From: Geosiphon pyriformis uo1
Lineage: Eukaryota > Fungi > Glomeromycota
DNA: 64,000 nucleotides
NCBI GenBank assembly: GCA_016748015.1
Contig: JAAOMT010000009.1
Span: 1,489,924 to 1,553,923, forward strand
Reading direction: 5' to 3'
The translations under genes and the position numbers were made by a program. Shown piece by piece: positions 12,831 through 27,354 of this stretch. Position 1 is the first letter of the stretch, and every line of letters starts with the position of its first letter. Under the pieces are notes generated by a model. That model made no database searches and was not told the DNA's origin. It saw nothing but the letters and a program-made list of their open reading frames with translations.

Positions 12831-15459
12831 ATTTTTTTTTTGTTGTTACTATACTATTTCAATTTCAATTCTTTGAAAAGGTCAGAATAAATAAGATGCT
12901 GTTTTGTTTTAGTATCTTCAGTTGGATCTTGAAATAACATGTTCTTGGTAACCAGTTCATAGTTTTCTTCTGTTTTTTGTAATTCAGTGATCAGATATAG
13001 CATTCTTGAAAAAGGGTTGAACATGAGATCACATTTATCACAGTACTAAAGTGGCAAGAAATTAGGCAATAATCACATAATTTTGTGTTTAGGTTAGCTA
13101 GTCTTTGTTTCTGCTCTTTTTTAGTTAGTACCAGATTCTGGTAGTGCTTGTAAAAATATTTTGGATTATTTTTAATATTGTCAAAGACATCAAAAGTCAA
13201 GACATATTCGGGTTTTAGAAAAAATAAGAGGTTGTTTTTAATTTCCAGTATTTTCCTGGTTGTAGTGCTCTCTGCTTTTACACTCATCATTTTCCAAATC
13301 TTATGTTCATCATAAGAATACTCATCCAATTGTCATAATGCTTGTTTTTAGACATCATTGATTGGAGTTCTCTTTTGTACTCAATTGTTAATCAAAATAG
13401 TGTATTGACACATTTTGTCACATGTTTTTCTTCAGCCAAGTACATTATTCCATAACTTTTCATTTGACAGAATCTCACCACAAACAAAGCATAGTGTATT
13501 GTCCTATTTGTCTTGTCATGTCAAATCTTTCCAACACACAAGATTTGCAGTAATATTTGGTGGCAGTTGGCCATTTTTTGTTATCTTTGATACATGTACC
13601 CATAGAAGATAACTTTTTCTCACAGTTAACACAAATTAATTTTGGGTTTGATATTGGTAATTTTTTTAATTTGAAGCCAAATATTCTGCTGATAATGATT
13701 GGAGTTTTTTTTTGGCTCTTCTTTTTCCCTTTTTTTTTCAAGTTGGTGGTAGTGGTAACTCAGTTCAGAAATTATTTGCCCAAAAGACTTGGTATGTCTC
13801 TATCATTAATGGTGGTATTGTTTTTTCAAATTCTATTAATAGCTGCTCCAACTTTTGAGCTTTAAAGTGTTTACACATAGCTGGAACTTGGGCATGTTGT
13901 TTTTTATAGATAATTTGTAGTTTCTGCATATTCCAGTCAAAAGTGGTATGTGCTTTGGCAACCAGTTGTTTTCAATAAGTGCTTGATATTGCATGGCTTC
14001 TATAACCAGAACCTTCATAGGAATTTGGATTTCATTAATCTCAAAGGGGAAGTTATTAATTTCTCCAATAAAAGTTTTGATATTGCCATCTGCAATAATG
14101 ATTCAAGCAATTACAGCATGATCTATTTGGTAACTTAATTAATTCATAAGTTGTTTTATTATTATATTGTCTGCTGATTTATTATTGAGAATTAATTTAA
14201 TGTCTATATTTCTGACTCTAGTATTAGTATATAGAGCTGTTATTGGTTTATTCTAATTAATGATGGCTCTACTAAAAAGACTATTAAAGTTTAAATAGTT
14301 AATGTCAAAGGGAAAAATAGCAGCAAGAGTGATATTTTTAATGATAGTGATGGGTAAAATGATTTTGTTGGTTTGATTTTAACTTAAAGAGTTAGGTATT
14401 TCTCCTACATCTTTCCTTTCTAAAGATGTAAAGCCAAAAAAATTCTGGTTTTTAGTAAGAACAAGATATAAGGCTTGATTTAGGTATTTGTTTGGTATTG
14501 GTTAAAATAAGAGATTGGCTCAGTTTGTTGTTCAAAGGGGTCCACTACTATATTGTGTTTAATTTTTATTAGAGTTTCACTATTCTTGATTGTAATCAAT
14601 CACACACAATCTAGACTGGTTATAGACTAAGTTTTGGTACTAAGAAGATGTTTGAATCATTAGTGATGATAAATAATAATTCTAAGGCATTTGTGGTAAG
14701 TACTGGGGTGACTGATACTAGGGTACAGAGTATTAAAGTCTTATAGTTTAAGAATATCTTGGTTGTTGAGGATATTAACTTCTTTAATTCTAGTCTGCTA
14801 GTTTCTTTTGGCAGTCCCAGGCAATATGTTCTAACTTCTGGCAATAATAGCAATTATGAGGATTTGATCTTTAAGATTGCTGCTGTTGTTAATGATTTTG
14901 TTGTTAATATTTGCTGTTGTTATTGGTTTCTTTTTATTGTGGTGATTGGTAAGTTCTTGTTGTATTGATTAAAAATCTCTTAATTTTCTGAGTTAAATTT
15001 TCACTTAATTGGGTTATTTTTGCATCAATGTCAAAGATTTTGTTAATGGCTAGATTAATAGCTTAGATGTGGTTAGCTTTTTGCTTGACTGACTTAAAAT
15101 TGCATGCAAAGACAACAGTATTCTGTAGATTTGTCAGGTGTCAGAGTCTTATGGATCTTAGGAGACTGTTCTTTAGTTCTTTGACAAATTGATTAAGAAC
15201 TTGTATCACAGTGTAATAATCTCTTTCAATTGCCAGTATTTGATAAAAAACTTGGTTGAATTGTCCAAGATAAGTAGTTACTGCTTTATGATCTTTTTGT
15301 TTTATTATATTAAATTGATTCTGTAATCTAATAAGGGTATTGGGGTTGTAAAAGTATCATAGAAAAGCAAATTTAAAGACAATAAAGTTGGTGGGTTTTT
15401 TCCCAAGACTTTGATATCATAAATCTGCACTGGTTACATATAGAAAGTGTGTGAACTAT

Positions 15460-17140
15460 ATTTAGCACTAGAATACTTAGTTTGTTCTTAATTTCTAAAT
15501 AGTAGTTGAGAGTTTTGCTTATTAAATCTAATAAAAAAAAATTTTTTATAATTTATATTAAAAATTTTTTTAAATGTTTATTTTATTGCTATATATAAAC
15601 AAATCAACAAAAATCATTGAAAATATAAATTTAAAGATGTTAATAATATTAAATAAAATGTTTTTAAAGATTTTTTTTTGTTAAATATAATAATTATAAT
15701 TAAAAAATTTAATATTTTTTATAATATAAATAATTTTAATATATTATAAGATCTTTTTAAAAATATTATATGCTTTTCAATTAATAAAATTTTTTTTTAA
15801 AACTTAATTTAAGAAATTTAAATATAATAAAAATAAAAAATTATAATTTAAAGAAATTAGTAACTAAAATTACCAAAAAATTAAGATTTAATTTGGATTT
15901 TAAATTTAAATAGCTTTTGAATATTTGGGTTTTTATTAATAAAATTTAAGTTTTTATTATTTTTAATATAATTATTAATAATTTGGTTATTATAAACATT
16001 AATTTTATTTTATATTAAAAAAAGTTATTAAGTTTTTAAATATTATAAATTACATATAATTATAACTTATAGTATAAAAATAACTATTGAAAAACACATA
16101 AATAATTTTGTTAAGAACAAAAATTAAATAATTATAAATATATTAAAGCACTTATTTAAAAAAATTGTCTTAAATTATTTAATAATTAAAAATAAATTAA
16201 TTTTAAATTTAAATAAAGTAAAAATTAAAATAAATAAGATTATAATTAATTAACTAAAAAATAAAAAAATATTAATAAACAAAACAATTATTTTAACCAA
16301 AAAACAAAATAAGTTTTTTATTAATAATTAAATTTTGTATTAAAAAAAACAAATTTATTAAAGTAAAAACAATTTAACAAAAAAAAAACAAAATAAAAAA
16401 AATTAAGATTTTAATAATTTTATAAAAAAAATTTTTTTTATATTATAAATTAAAATAATATATTAATAAATAACAAAAAACAAATATTATAATAATTATT
16501 ATTTTTTTAAAAAAATTTAAAAGTAAATAAATAATTTATATTATTAACAAAAAATAATAATTTTTATATATTATTTTAATATTTTTTAAAATTTAATAAC
16601 AAATATTATTAGTAAAAGTTTATACAAATAAAAATTTAAAAAAAATAAATAAATAAAAAAATAGAAAAGAATTAAATTTGTTATATATTAAAAAATTAAT
16701 CCTATAATTAATTAATTAATTCGAATAAAATATATAATTTTTGTTTAAAAAATACTTTTTTAATTAATAATTACATTAATATTTAATTTTAAAAATAAAG
16801 TGGTTAATATAAATAAATTAATAATTAATATATATAAATAAATAATAATTAATTAAAAAATTAAAAAATTAAATTGTAATAATATTATTTTTGTTGTTTA
16901 AATATAAAAATTTTAAACAATTATAATTTGAAAGCAAATTAATATTTAATCTTTGTTAACAATAATAAAATCAATAAATTTTTTTTTTAAAAATCATTAA
17001 TTATTGTTTAATTTATTAAAAAAGCTATATATAATAAACACAAATTAAATAAACAATTTTTTAGCAGATGTAATTAAAACATTTAAAAATTATAACATAA
17101 TATTTTATTATATTAAAGCCAATTTATTTAATTTTATAGC
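15460..17140. other. Extremely AT-rich block, probably end-stage decayed repeat
   Basis: Almost devoid of C/G, non-periodic and without ORFs. It abuts the truncated gag. Confidence 0.5.
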
Positions 17141-17142
17141 CA

Positions 17143-17164
17143 CAACAACAACAACAACAACAAC

Positions 17165-17200
<36 letters not shown>

Positions 17201-17324
17201 TATTATTATTATTATAGATCAGTATTCTTTAATGTCAAATGTTATTAATCATGATTTATTAAAATTTTTGAATTTATTCAAAGATATAATTACTATTATT
17301 ATCGTTACTAAATATTATTATTAA

Positions 17325-17403
<79 letters not shown>
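17143..17403. repeat. (CAA)n/(AAT)n/(TTA)n microsatellites
   Basis: Direct reading. Confidence 0.9.
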
Positions 17404-17407
<4 letters not shown>

Positions 17408-18657
17408 TGTTTGAATTTTAATAAAAATCTCGCCTTTCACTTATACAAATATTTTTATATTTTCTGTCATCAAATTATTATCAGAATAATAAAAAAAACT
17501 CCTTCATCCGTAAACATTAGATAATATTAATAGTGATGCTAATACTAGACATACATACATAAACAACACTCGAGGAAATAAATGTTATAAGATGATGTGG
17601 AATATAAAAAAGAAAAAATGGTAAAATGTGTGTAAAATGAGATGAGTTGTTGGGGTATAAAATTCTGTTTGGCAAATTGTGATGATGATGACGATGATGA
17701 TAATGATTCATTTGGTCATTGTTGACTGTACTGTGAATCAATCGCATCACATAGATCCACCAAAAATCCCTTGCTATCCAACCAACTTACAGCCCAACCA
17801 CACCTACGCTCGAAATTAAAGGGCCTAGATACATTTAACTAAATTGTTATGTTACTAGGCGGGGTTTAATACAAAATAAAATAAAAAAGGCTAAAACTGA
17901 TGATAATGAATATATTACTTATGTATGGATGTATAGAAATGAGGCGAAAAAATGTTTTTGATTGATTGATCAATGGTAACGATGATGCTGATATGATTTG
18001 GATTGAATTTTGGTGAATGGATGAGGGGATTAATTTTTGTTTGAAAAAAAAAAATATACCAAAAAAATCGAAATTATGAAAGATGATGGTAAACAAAAAC
18101 CAAAAAAATTACAAGATAAATGAAAAAATCCGAGAAAAAAAAAAAAAGAAAAAAAAAATTATTTATACAAAAAAGTAATTACAAAAAAGTAATGAGCGGA
18201 TTATCAAGAAAAAAATCAAAGGGAATCACACACACACACACGTGTTAGATACTATTTGTTGAAATCTCGTTCTCATTTGTTATTATTATTATTATTATTG
18301 TTGTTGTTGTTGTTGTTGTTGCTCATTGCCTCCTTGAAGACTAACGGGTTTCTCGCAAAAGGAAATAAGATCCAAAAGTATCATACTACCCGTGCAGTCA
18401 TTCATCATGCAGAATTATTCTTTATCAAGAGTTCCGCGTTCATTAATTGTCGTTCAGACACACATATGTTCTTTTTGATAAATAGGAAATGTTTGTGTTT
18501 TTAGGGGTTTTATCGTACTCTGTGAAAAATTAGGCCAAAGAGATGAGATGTTTTAAATGTTCAAGAAAATCACCAATCCATGAAAATTTAGGGAAAGGCC
18601 CAGCTTCCCTATCTTGGTGACATTAGCCTTCTTCAACTGCCAAAATTCATGGTTGAT

Positions 18658-19028
18658 TTAATAATTCCCAAAATGCGTGCTATACATGTTTACATTCAGA
18701 TTAGTTAGCGGTACCATGGAAGATTGTTGATAAAAATTTGAAATGGAATTATTGTCTGATTGTGGCGAAGCAATCGGAGAATGTGGTGACGGGGCACCAA
18801 CCATGACTTCCTCGCACCCTCCATGATGATGGTGATGATGATGGTGGTGTTGGTGATGTTGATGAGGACTAGTTCCTCTACTATTATGGCCATCGTTTCC
18901 TTTTGTGGAACTGGCAGAGAACATATCATTTGTTGCAGGATTAGGATTTTCAACAAAAGCAGTGGTAGGGCTCAAAGCTATCGTTGGGGTTGGGGAAGGC
19001 TGCTGCTGCTGCTGTGGTTGTTGATGTA

Positions 19029-19060
<32 letters not shown>

Positions 19061-21148
19061 ATCTGTGGTGATTGATGCTGTTGTTGTGGAGAGGTTTGTT
19101 GTTGTGTTGGTGGTGGTGGTGGTGGTGGCTGTTGTTGCTGCGACTGTGACTGATGCGAATGCGATGCTGAGTACAGTATTGGCGAGTGATTTGAAGCGGT
19201 TGACAGAAAACTATATGAACTAACCGTATCAGGTATCATGACCGCCGTCGTTGATCCGTTCCAAGAATCATTGAAAGCCGCCAGATTTGCATGAGAATTA
19301 TTAGGACTATGCTCTGAGGTTAACTGTGGATGATAGCTAGCCATCATTGATCCGGCAAGATTATTAAATGGATGTTGGGTATCGGGTGAAATTGTTATAG
19401 AAGAAGCCATCGTTGTTGGGTGCAATGAAGGATCGCTGGCCAGCAGTGAATTATTGTTTTGAGCTTGTGAGCCAGGCATATTTTCATCTTTATATTGGGA
19501 ATGTGTTTGTTGAGCTGGTGATAATGCCGTGATAAAGTCGTAATGCATTGAGGCAGCTTGTTCACTTTTAATTAATGTTGCTGAAGTTTCATTGTTATTA
19601 TTATCAAGTCGGATGCGTTTTGTTCTTGGATTTTGGACAGTTGAAGCTTCTGACAGATCAGTGGGAGATGAAGCCGAATGCTTGGTAAAGCATCTCAGAG
19701 CATTTTCAAGAATATTGTTACCTTTAAAATTAACATTGAAAATTAGTTGATGAATGAATTGATTCGAATGGTAAAAATCAATAACGAGTGAATTCATTCA
19801 TTTATTTATTTATTTGTTTGTTTATTTGTTTGTTTGTTTGTTTGAATTCCTCTGATAAATTTTTTTTTGGTAATGATTCAAGACATACCATTCGGATATG
19901 AAGCTGTTACTAGCTGTGTTAAAGCCAATAAATGGGTATGGTGTTTACTCAGTCCAGAAGCAAGATGTTTGATCTCGGGAAGTAAACTCTCAGTTACAAA
20001 TCTTGACATTTCTTTCATTTCTTGTCGCAAATTCTCGGTCGTCACAGTTAAGGTAGCAATTCGTTCATGCATCGCGTGATCATTTTCCGAACGATCAACA
20101 GGAATCGGAAAATCTTTTCCCGAATCGGAACGAGATAATGGATTGATATTTAGACCACCTCCAACGCCTCCAACACCAACACCACCACCACCACCGGGTG
20201 ATGGTATCGTATCAATCTTATCATCAGTCATGCTACGTTTTAATCCTGTAGGGGTACCAAAAGATTCTGGTGAGGTGGCAATGTTCTGGCCTAGTAGAGG
20301 AATAGATTCAGTTGAGGTGGTACGAGGACGTCTTCGAATTGGTTTGGATACTTTACGTCGAATATTTGGCAAGAGATCTTGCCGATTGCGTCTGAACTGT
20401 GGATGAGAAAATACACAAGCGTGTTTGCTGCGAACATGTTTTGATTTCCGTGCATCCGATACTCGATAAAAACCGTATATCTAAAAGATAGAAAAATTGG
20501 AGATTAGGAGTCATTCTTAAAAATTTGACAAAGATCAAAAACAAACAAGAAGTAACAGGAAACGCTTACATTAAGTTGTCTTACAAAAGAAGTAAATTTA
20601 CAATGCTTAAAATATTTAGGTAATACGTTTGCTGCGAATTCATCCATGTTACATATGACGAACACGTCTCCTGAATCATTCCAGGTCAGATATTCTTTGT
20701 AATCGTCACTGTCGAGGAGTCTATAAAGGATAGAAATAATTTGAAATAATTTAGAAATTGATTTCGAAAAAAAATAAAAAAATAAAACAAAATTGGACGC
20801 GTTGGTCATGAAATTGGTAATTGCAATGAGGTATTCGTGGGAAAATTTATTTTTTTTTCTACGAAAAATTCTGGAGACTGGTTTTTTTTTTTTTTTCTTG
20901 ACCAATAGAAATATTTCCAACGATCACACTTATACTCACTGATATAGCTTTGCGACAAAGACGGACACAGTATCCAGATCATACTTGCCAGTCTCTTCTG
21001 GACCGAATGGGTTATCCGATATTTCAGTGACAGGTGTCAAGTGAGCAGTAGAGTCATATACGTCATAAGACAACATATCATTTGAATTAGTCGAAGGCAT
21101 TATAGAAGTTGATAGAGGATTCGACGAGGAGAGATCGCTCGTATTCAT
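18658..21148 (-). CDS. HSF-type DNA-binding transcription factor, 4 exons (21148-20940, 20720-20570, 20480-19889, 19721-18658), ~671 aa
   Basis: Spliced HSF domain FVAKLYQLLDSDDYKEYLTWNDSGDVFVICNMDEFAANVLPKYFKHCKFTSFVRQLNIYGFYRV...FSHPQFRRNRQDLLPNIRRK. Three GT-AG introns have consistent phases (2, 0, 1). Also a heptad coiled coil (MHERIATLTVTTENLRQEMKEM...), basic NLS-like PRTKRIRL, and a Q/P/H-rich C-terminus. Confidence 0.92.
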
Positions 21149-21690
21149 TCTTTCTTTAATTCTCTTTAAAGTTTCTTTAGAAGGTAAAAGCAGAGGCAAA
21201 GGTATTTCAGAAGATTCTTTATTCTCGTTTGCAAACTTGGCCAGGGAATCTTTTTCTTTTTTCAAAAAGAACAAAGTGATCGAATACGAAGCGAGTTCGT
21301 AATGCGTGGAGATCAGTGTGAGAAGCTGAGACGAACGGTTTAAATAGTTCTTTAGGAACTATTCAGGGCAACTGTGGTACAATTTTCCGAGGTGAGGGGA
21401 ACAGCGTGGTTATGCGTTATGTGTTATGTTTGAATAGTATTAGACGGCGGCTGTGTGTTCCTTCCAAGTGGCTTTCTTTTATCTTTTTTTATTTCTTTAA
21501 ACTTCTTCAGCTTCAACTACCAATATTCTCTCGAACGTTTTTACTCGCTTAGTTATGTAAACGAAACACACAGACCACCACAGCACTAAGTTGTACAGTT
21601 GTTTTCACGGCCGCCTGCTTCTGTGCGTGAAGGTGTGTGTGGGTCTATGCTTTGAAAAGTAGCTCAGCTCAGCACAGTTTTAAAGTACAA
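21149..21690 (-). promoter_or_regulatory. Probable 5' UTR/promoter of the HSF-family gene
   Basis: Unique sequence that retains CpG and is relatively GC-rich, directly upstream of the ATG. Confidence 0.45.
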
Positions 21691-21693
21691 GGA

Positions 21694-22004
<311 letters not shown>

Positions 22005-22182
22005 GGAGAAAGAAATGAGTTTAGAGAAAAATAAGACAAGGTAATACGAAAAGAAAGCGTCCCAACGTTGAAAATCGTTAATAAAGCAAAAAAAAACTTT
22101 TTTGTAACTTTTTTTTTTATATTATCAAAGAAAAAATAAATTCCCCATTTATCATTAAAAAAAAAACTTTCGTTTATGAAAG

Positions 22183-22215
<33 letters not shown>

Positions 22216-23130
22216 GTTGTGNNNNNNNNNNNNNNNNNNNNAATTTAAAAATGTTGAAGTGATGATTATGATTATGATGTTTAATGTTTGATGATGTTGA
22301 TGTTTATTTTTTTTAACATTTCGCTTTTTGATATTCGGTTAATTTTTCCCCAATTTTAGGGATTATTTTTTTATACTGTAAATCATCAATCAAATAATCA
22401 TATCAGTCAAAAACTTTCTATTTTTCATTTAAATGCTCATCATTAAAATCAATAATAGGTGTTTGGTGGTGGTTGTTATAATAGTTGTTGTTGTTGTTGT
22501 TGTTGTTTTTGTTTTTGTTTTTGTTGAACTTTGTTGACTTTACAAGATAAAAATTGTCATGAAAATTTGAGTTTATGGAAAAAATGGGCCCGAGCATTGA
22601 GAGGTATACACATATACACCTATATATACACACATATTGCTTATCAGATTCCTTCATATATATATATATATATATATATATTTATTTAATATTTAATTTA
22701 GGTTAATTTAGCCAAATAGAGAAAGAATTTATGCTTTTGATTATTTTTGTGGTGAATTAATTACCTATACTCGATCATATACCTACTCTAACCCCATCTA
22801 ATTCTGACTATAAATCTAACTATAACTCAAACTTTTTACCTAAACCTTTTTATCTATCTATTCACCTGAGCCTCTGTCTAAAGCCTTGTTCAAGCAAAAT
22901 CTTGAAGTGACTGGGCAGGGAATGAAGGAGTCACGAAATTTCATAGATATCAAAATATATATATTTATATATATATATTGAAGATTTGATTTTTGATTTA
23001 ATATAATTTATCATTAGTAATAAATAAATAAATAAATAAATAAATAAAGTTTTTTAAGCTAGTAAACTTTTGAACGGGAATAGATTTACAATCAATCAAA
23101 AAAAAAAAAAGTCAAAAAAAAAAATCATCT

Positions 23131-23210
23131 TGTAACTGTAATCGTAACCATAACTGTAACCATAACCGTAACCATAACTGTAACCATAACTGTAACCATA
23201 ACCGTAACCC
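23131..23210. repeat. Hexamer/12-mer tandem repeat (TAACCA/TAACTG/TAACCG)
   Basis: Direct reading. Confidence 0.85.
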
Positions 23211-23537
23211 AACGATAAATAGAATTACTCGGTTTAGATTAGACTTCGGGCATATACCTACAAAATTTTAATTAAAAAAACTTGCAAAGCCCAAAGAGAA
23301 AACTTGAAATTATTAAAAAAAGGTATTTTTTTTTTTTTTTACGGCTTATCAACCCAAAATTCATTAATTGGAAATAAAGCCTTTTTTCTTTTTTTTTTTA
23401 AATCTAATTAAGTCATTCAGTCAGCTATTTCGCTTAGAAACCGTAAACTATAAACTAGAAACTTTTTGAATTCTAAACTTTCTCTCTCCCTAAATTTTAG
23501 AATAGAATGAAATAACATATATTATATAAATCAAAAG

Positions 23538-23616
<79 letters not shown>

Positions 23617-23715
23617 TAAAAGTCAAAAAGATCGAAAAAGATGCAATGTAACATGATTGATTATTTTAAATAATTGATATATTACTTCTTCAACAACAAC
23701 AACAACAACAACAAC

Positions 23716-23748
<33 letters not shown>
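23538..23748. repeat. (AAT)n and (CAA)n microsatellites
   Basis: Direct reading. Confidence 0.9.
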
Positions 23749-23749
<1 letters not shown>

Positions 23750-24752
23750 TTTTATCCCTAAATCTTTTTTACACGTTGTTTCGCCAAGGCTTGATTTAAT
23801 TTTAACCATTGTGAGAGCCTTAGAGCAATAAAGATGAGATTCCAAGCATGAAATTTATGACATATTTTGTACAAGAAAATTTTTCTAAAAATAAAAAATA
23901 AAAAATAAAAAATAAAAATCAATCAATCAATCAATCGAAATAACTTTTTCCATGACGCATTGAAACATCATGTGCATTTAGATAATAATTATATATATAT
24001 TTTTTCAGCCTTACATATATCCCTGATAATTATGCGCGTAGCAATTTTTTTCCAAACTGGGTCAAGAAAAGATTAACCCAAANNNNNNNNNNNNNNNNNN
24101 NNNNNNNNNNNNNNNNNNNNNNNNNNNNNNNNNNNNNNNNNNNNNNNNNNNNNNNNNNNNNNNNNNNNNNNNNNNNNNNNNNNNNNNNNNNNNNNNNNNN
24201 NNNNNNNNNNNNNNNNNNNNNNNNNNNNNNNNNNNNNNNNNNNNNNNNNNNNNNNNNNNNNNNNNNNNNNNNNNNNNNNNNNNNNNNNNNNNNNNNNNNN
24301 NNNNNNNNNNNNNNNNNNNNNNNNNNNNNNNNNNNNNNNNNNNNNNNNNNNNNNNNNNNNNNNNNNNNNNNNNNNNNNNNNNNNNNNNNNNNNNNNNNNN
24401 NNNNNNNNNNNNNNNNNNNNNNNNNNNNNNNNNNNNNNNNNNNNNNNNNNNNNNNNNNNNNNNNNNNNNNNNNNNNNNNNNNNNNNNNNNNNNNNNNNNN
24501 NACAAATTTGTGAAACATATCAGGTATCAAGAAAGTAAAACACAAAGTTTCAATGCATAAAGTTTCATGCATAAAAAACCCGATTATTAAATACGAATGA
24601 TTTCTTTTGACAAGTTTCAAATGTCGAAAAACGTCATAAATTTAAAAAATTAAAACACAACTCATGAGGGTTACATCCGTATTCAAAAGCTCGAGATCAT
24701 GTACATGCACATATGACGACGAAAATTAAAGGCAATAGATAATAGCGAGAAA

Positions 24753-24912
24753 GAGTGATTGAGTGATTGAGTGATTGAGTGATTGAGTGAGAGTGAGAGA
24801 GAGATAGAGATAGAGATAGAGATAGAGATAGAGATAGAGATAGAGATAGAGATAGAGATAGAGATAGAGATAGAGATAGAGATAGAGTGTGAGAGTGAGA
24901 GAGAGAGAGAGA
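24753..24912. repeat. Compound (GAGTGATT)n/(GAGATA)n/(GA)n repeat
   Basis: Direct reading. Confidence 0.9.
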
Positions 24913-25812
24913 AAGACACGGATTGATAGAGAATAATACATACTTGACCGACTGCTTGCTTGCTTACTTGCCTGTCTGATACATAAATGTGTACGTGCAC
25001 GTAGTTTTTCATTAAAATTTGTAATAACTACTATATTAAGTAATAAGCTCNNNNNNNNNNNNNNNNNNNNNNNNNNNNNNNNNNNNNNNNNNNNNNNNNN
25101 NNNNNNNNNNNNNNNNNNNNNNNNNNNNNNNNNNNNNNNNNNNNNNNNNNNNNNNNNNNNNNNNNNNNNNNNNNNNNNNNNNNNNNNNNNNNNNNNNNNN
25201 NNNNNNNNNNNNNNNNNNNNNNNNNNNNNNNNNNNNNNNNNNNNNNNNNNNNNNNNNNNNNNNNNNNNNNNNNNNNNNNNNNNNNNNNNNNNNNNNNNNN
25301 NNNNNNNNNNNNNNNNNNNNNNNNNNNNNNNNNNNNNNNNNNNNNNNNNNNNNNNNNNNNNNNNNNNNNNNNNNNNNNNNNNNNNNNNNNNNNNNNNACT
25401 AAAAAGGGTTAATTAAAGTGGCAAAGCGATTAGTTATCATTTCTCCCAATGGTCATTGAAAATTCCAAATAACATAACCAAAATTTTTCCATTGAATCTC
25501 AGTTTTGGTCATTTTGACTTCTAATCCCGATGTTTGTTAAAAAAAAACCCACTCAGGGCTAATGTTGTGTAGCAATGATGACCAATCGCGTAAATAATAC
25601 AGGTTTTTTATTTATTTTTTAAACAGTTGATAAAAATGCATTCATTAAAAAATAATAATAATAATCATAATAATCATAATCATAATCATAAATAAACAGG
25701 TTATTTTTTTTAGCTAGGCGACAAGAATAAATTAAATGTGACACATATTATAAAATAAAAAATTAATTGATTTTTGATTGAGAGAGAAAGTGTGTTTGAA
25801 ATTTTTGAATGG

Positions 25813-25848
<36 letters not shown>

Positions 25849-26355
25849 CTGCCTGTATCAAACCTGTTGAAATTCTTGTTTTACCACGAAAATAACCAAA
25901 GTAAAANNNNNNNNNNNNNNNNNNNNAAAAAAAAAAAAAAAAGGTGGTGTACCCAAACTACACGAAGATCCTCACACATGTGTTCGTCCCAATTTCCAAA
26001 TTTGGTACTAATGAAGAATTACGCTAAATTAGGCAGCGTGCTCCGATCCGTTGTGGAACGGTTTTTTGATAAAATTTTCCGGTTCAGGTCGAACAACAAC
26101 AACAACAACAACAACAACAATAAAACTAACAGTTGTGTGTGTGTGTTAGGATTCAAATGTTTGATGTTGATTATGACGATATTGAAAGATCTGCGGTGAT
26201 TCAATTTTCTTGTACCCCTAAAAAAAAAAAAAAATTGATCTTCAATTATGGTCCTCATATTTTTCGTTTAATTTTTTTAATTTTTTTTTTTGGTGATACA
26301 CTGATTTCCATGAAGTTTAATGTCAATTAAAAATTTTTTTTTTGAAACTTGATAA

Positions 26356-26388
<33 letters not shown>

Positions 26389-27239
26389 TTAGAAATGTCA
26401 TGTGTTTTTTTTTTATTATTTTAATTTTTATTATAAAATATATATATATATATATCGAAGATGTGAATTAATTAATATTTATTTTGTAACATGACATAAA
26501 TAAATAAATAAATAAATAAATACATTTTTGAAAATGTGAATCAATTGATCAATATGGGGCATAATTAAAATTCTTGATCGATAAAAGTTTATTACTAATT
26601 TTATATATAATATTTTTATTTTTATTTTTCATTTCTTGTTTTTTTTNNNNNNNNNNNNNNNNNNNNAATAAAAAAAAATTGTTGCATATGATACTCAAAA
26701 TGTTATATGGTAAAAATGTTAATTCTTTTTATGTTCATTTCTTATTTCAATCATTTTTTGGTTTCACTAAAAATTCTTGAATTAAAATAATGAGAATAAA
26801 TTCATGCATAAATATCATACAGCAAATGCAACAAAAACAACAACAACAGGATTGGAATTGCAATTTATTTCTTTTAATTAAGATTTTTCTTTCTTTCTTT
26901 CTTTCTTTGTTTCTTTCAACAACAAAATTAAGCATTAACCTTATAATCATCATCATCATCATCATCATTATAATCATCATTATAATCATCATTATAATCA
27001 TCATTATCGTCAACATGATCATTATCATCATACAAAAATGATTATAATTAAAATTTTTCTTTGGATTATTCTAGATTGTTAATTTTGTCATATCTCGTAA
27101 CCCAAACAATTTATATATATTATCATAAATCTTTTCATATCAAAAAAAAATCAAATTAGGTTTCATTTTTTCGATAAAAAAGATAATATTATGAAAAAAG
27201 GTTAACACATCTTGTATACAAAGCCATTCAAAACATATA

Positions 27240-27354
27240 TACATACATACATACACACATACATACATACATACATACATACATACATACATACATACAT
27301 ACATACATACATACATACATACATACATACATACATACATACACACACACATAC
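27240..27354. repeat. (ACAT)n microsatellite
   Basis: Direct reading. Confidence 0.9.

Larger units (their letters stand above)
7412..15460 (-). mobile_element. Ty3/Gypsy LTR retrotransposon lacking a visible 5' LTR (gag-PR-Cys-rich-dUTPase-RT-RH-IN-extra ORF-3' LTR), pseudogenised
   Basis: Approximate positions: gag 15460-14300, protease 14240-13900, Cys-rich 13650-13000, dUTPase 12830-12440, RT 11950-11050 (IVYFDN), RNase H 11000-10620, integrase 10550-9240 (YLTKWPEARAI, PYYPQTNRLVEQFN), PPT 8425-8440. Confidence 0.9.

Noticed and set aside
21149-21274. 42-codon in-frame extension upstream of the HSF ATG
   Set aside because: It begins at TTG, and nothing supports non-AUG initiation. More likely 5' UTR.
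23131-23210. Interstitial telomere-like repeat
   Set aside because: The units are TAACCA/TAACTG/TAACCG with only one TAACCC, so it is best treated as an ordinary hexamer satellite.
24030-24620. ORFs spanning N runs
   Set aside because: Artefacts of assembly gaps.
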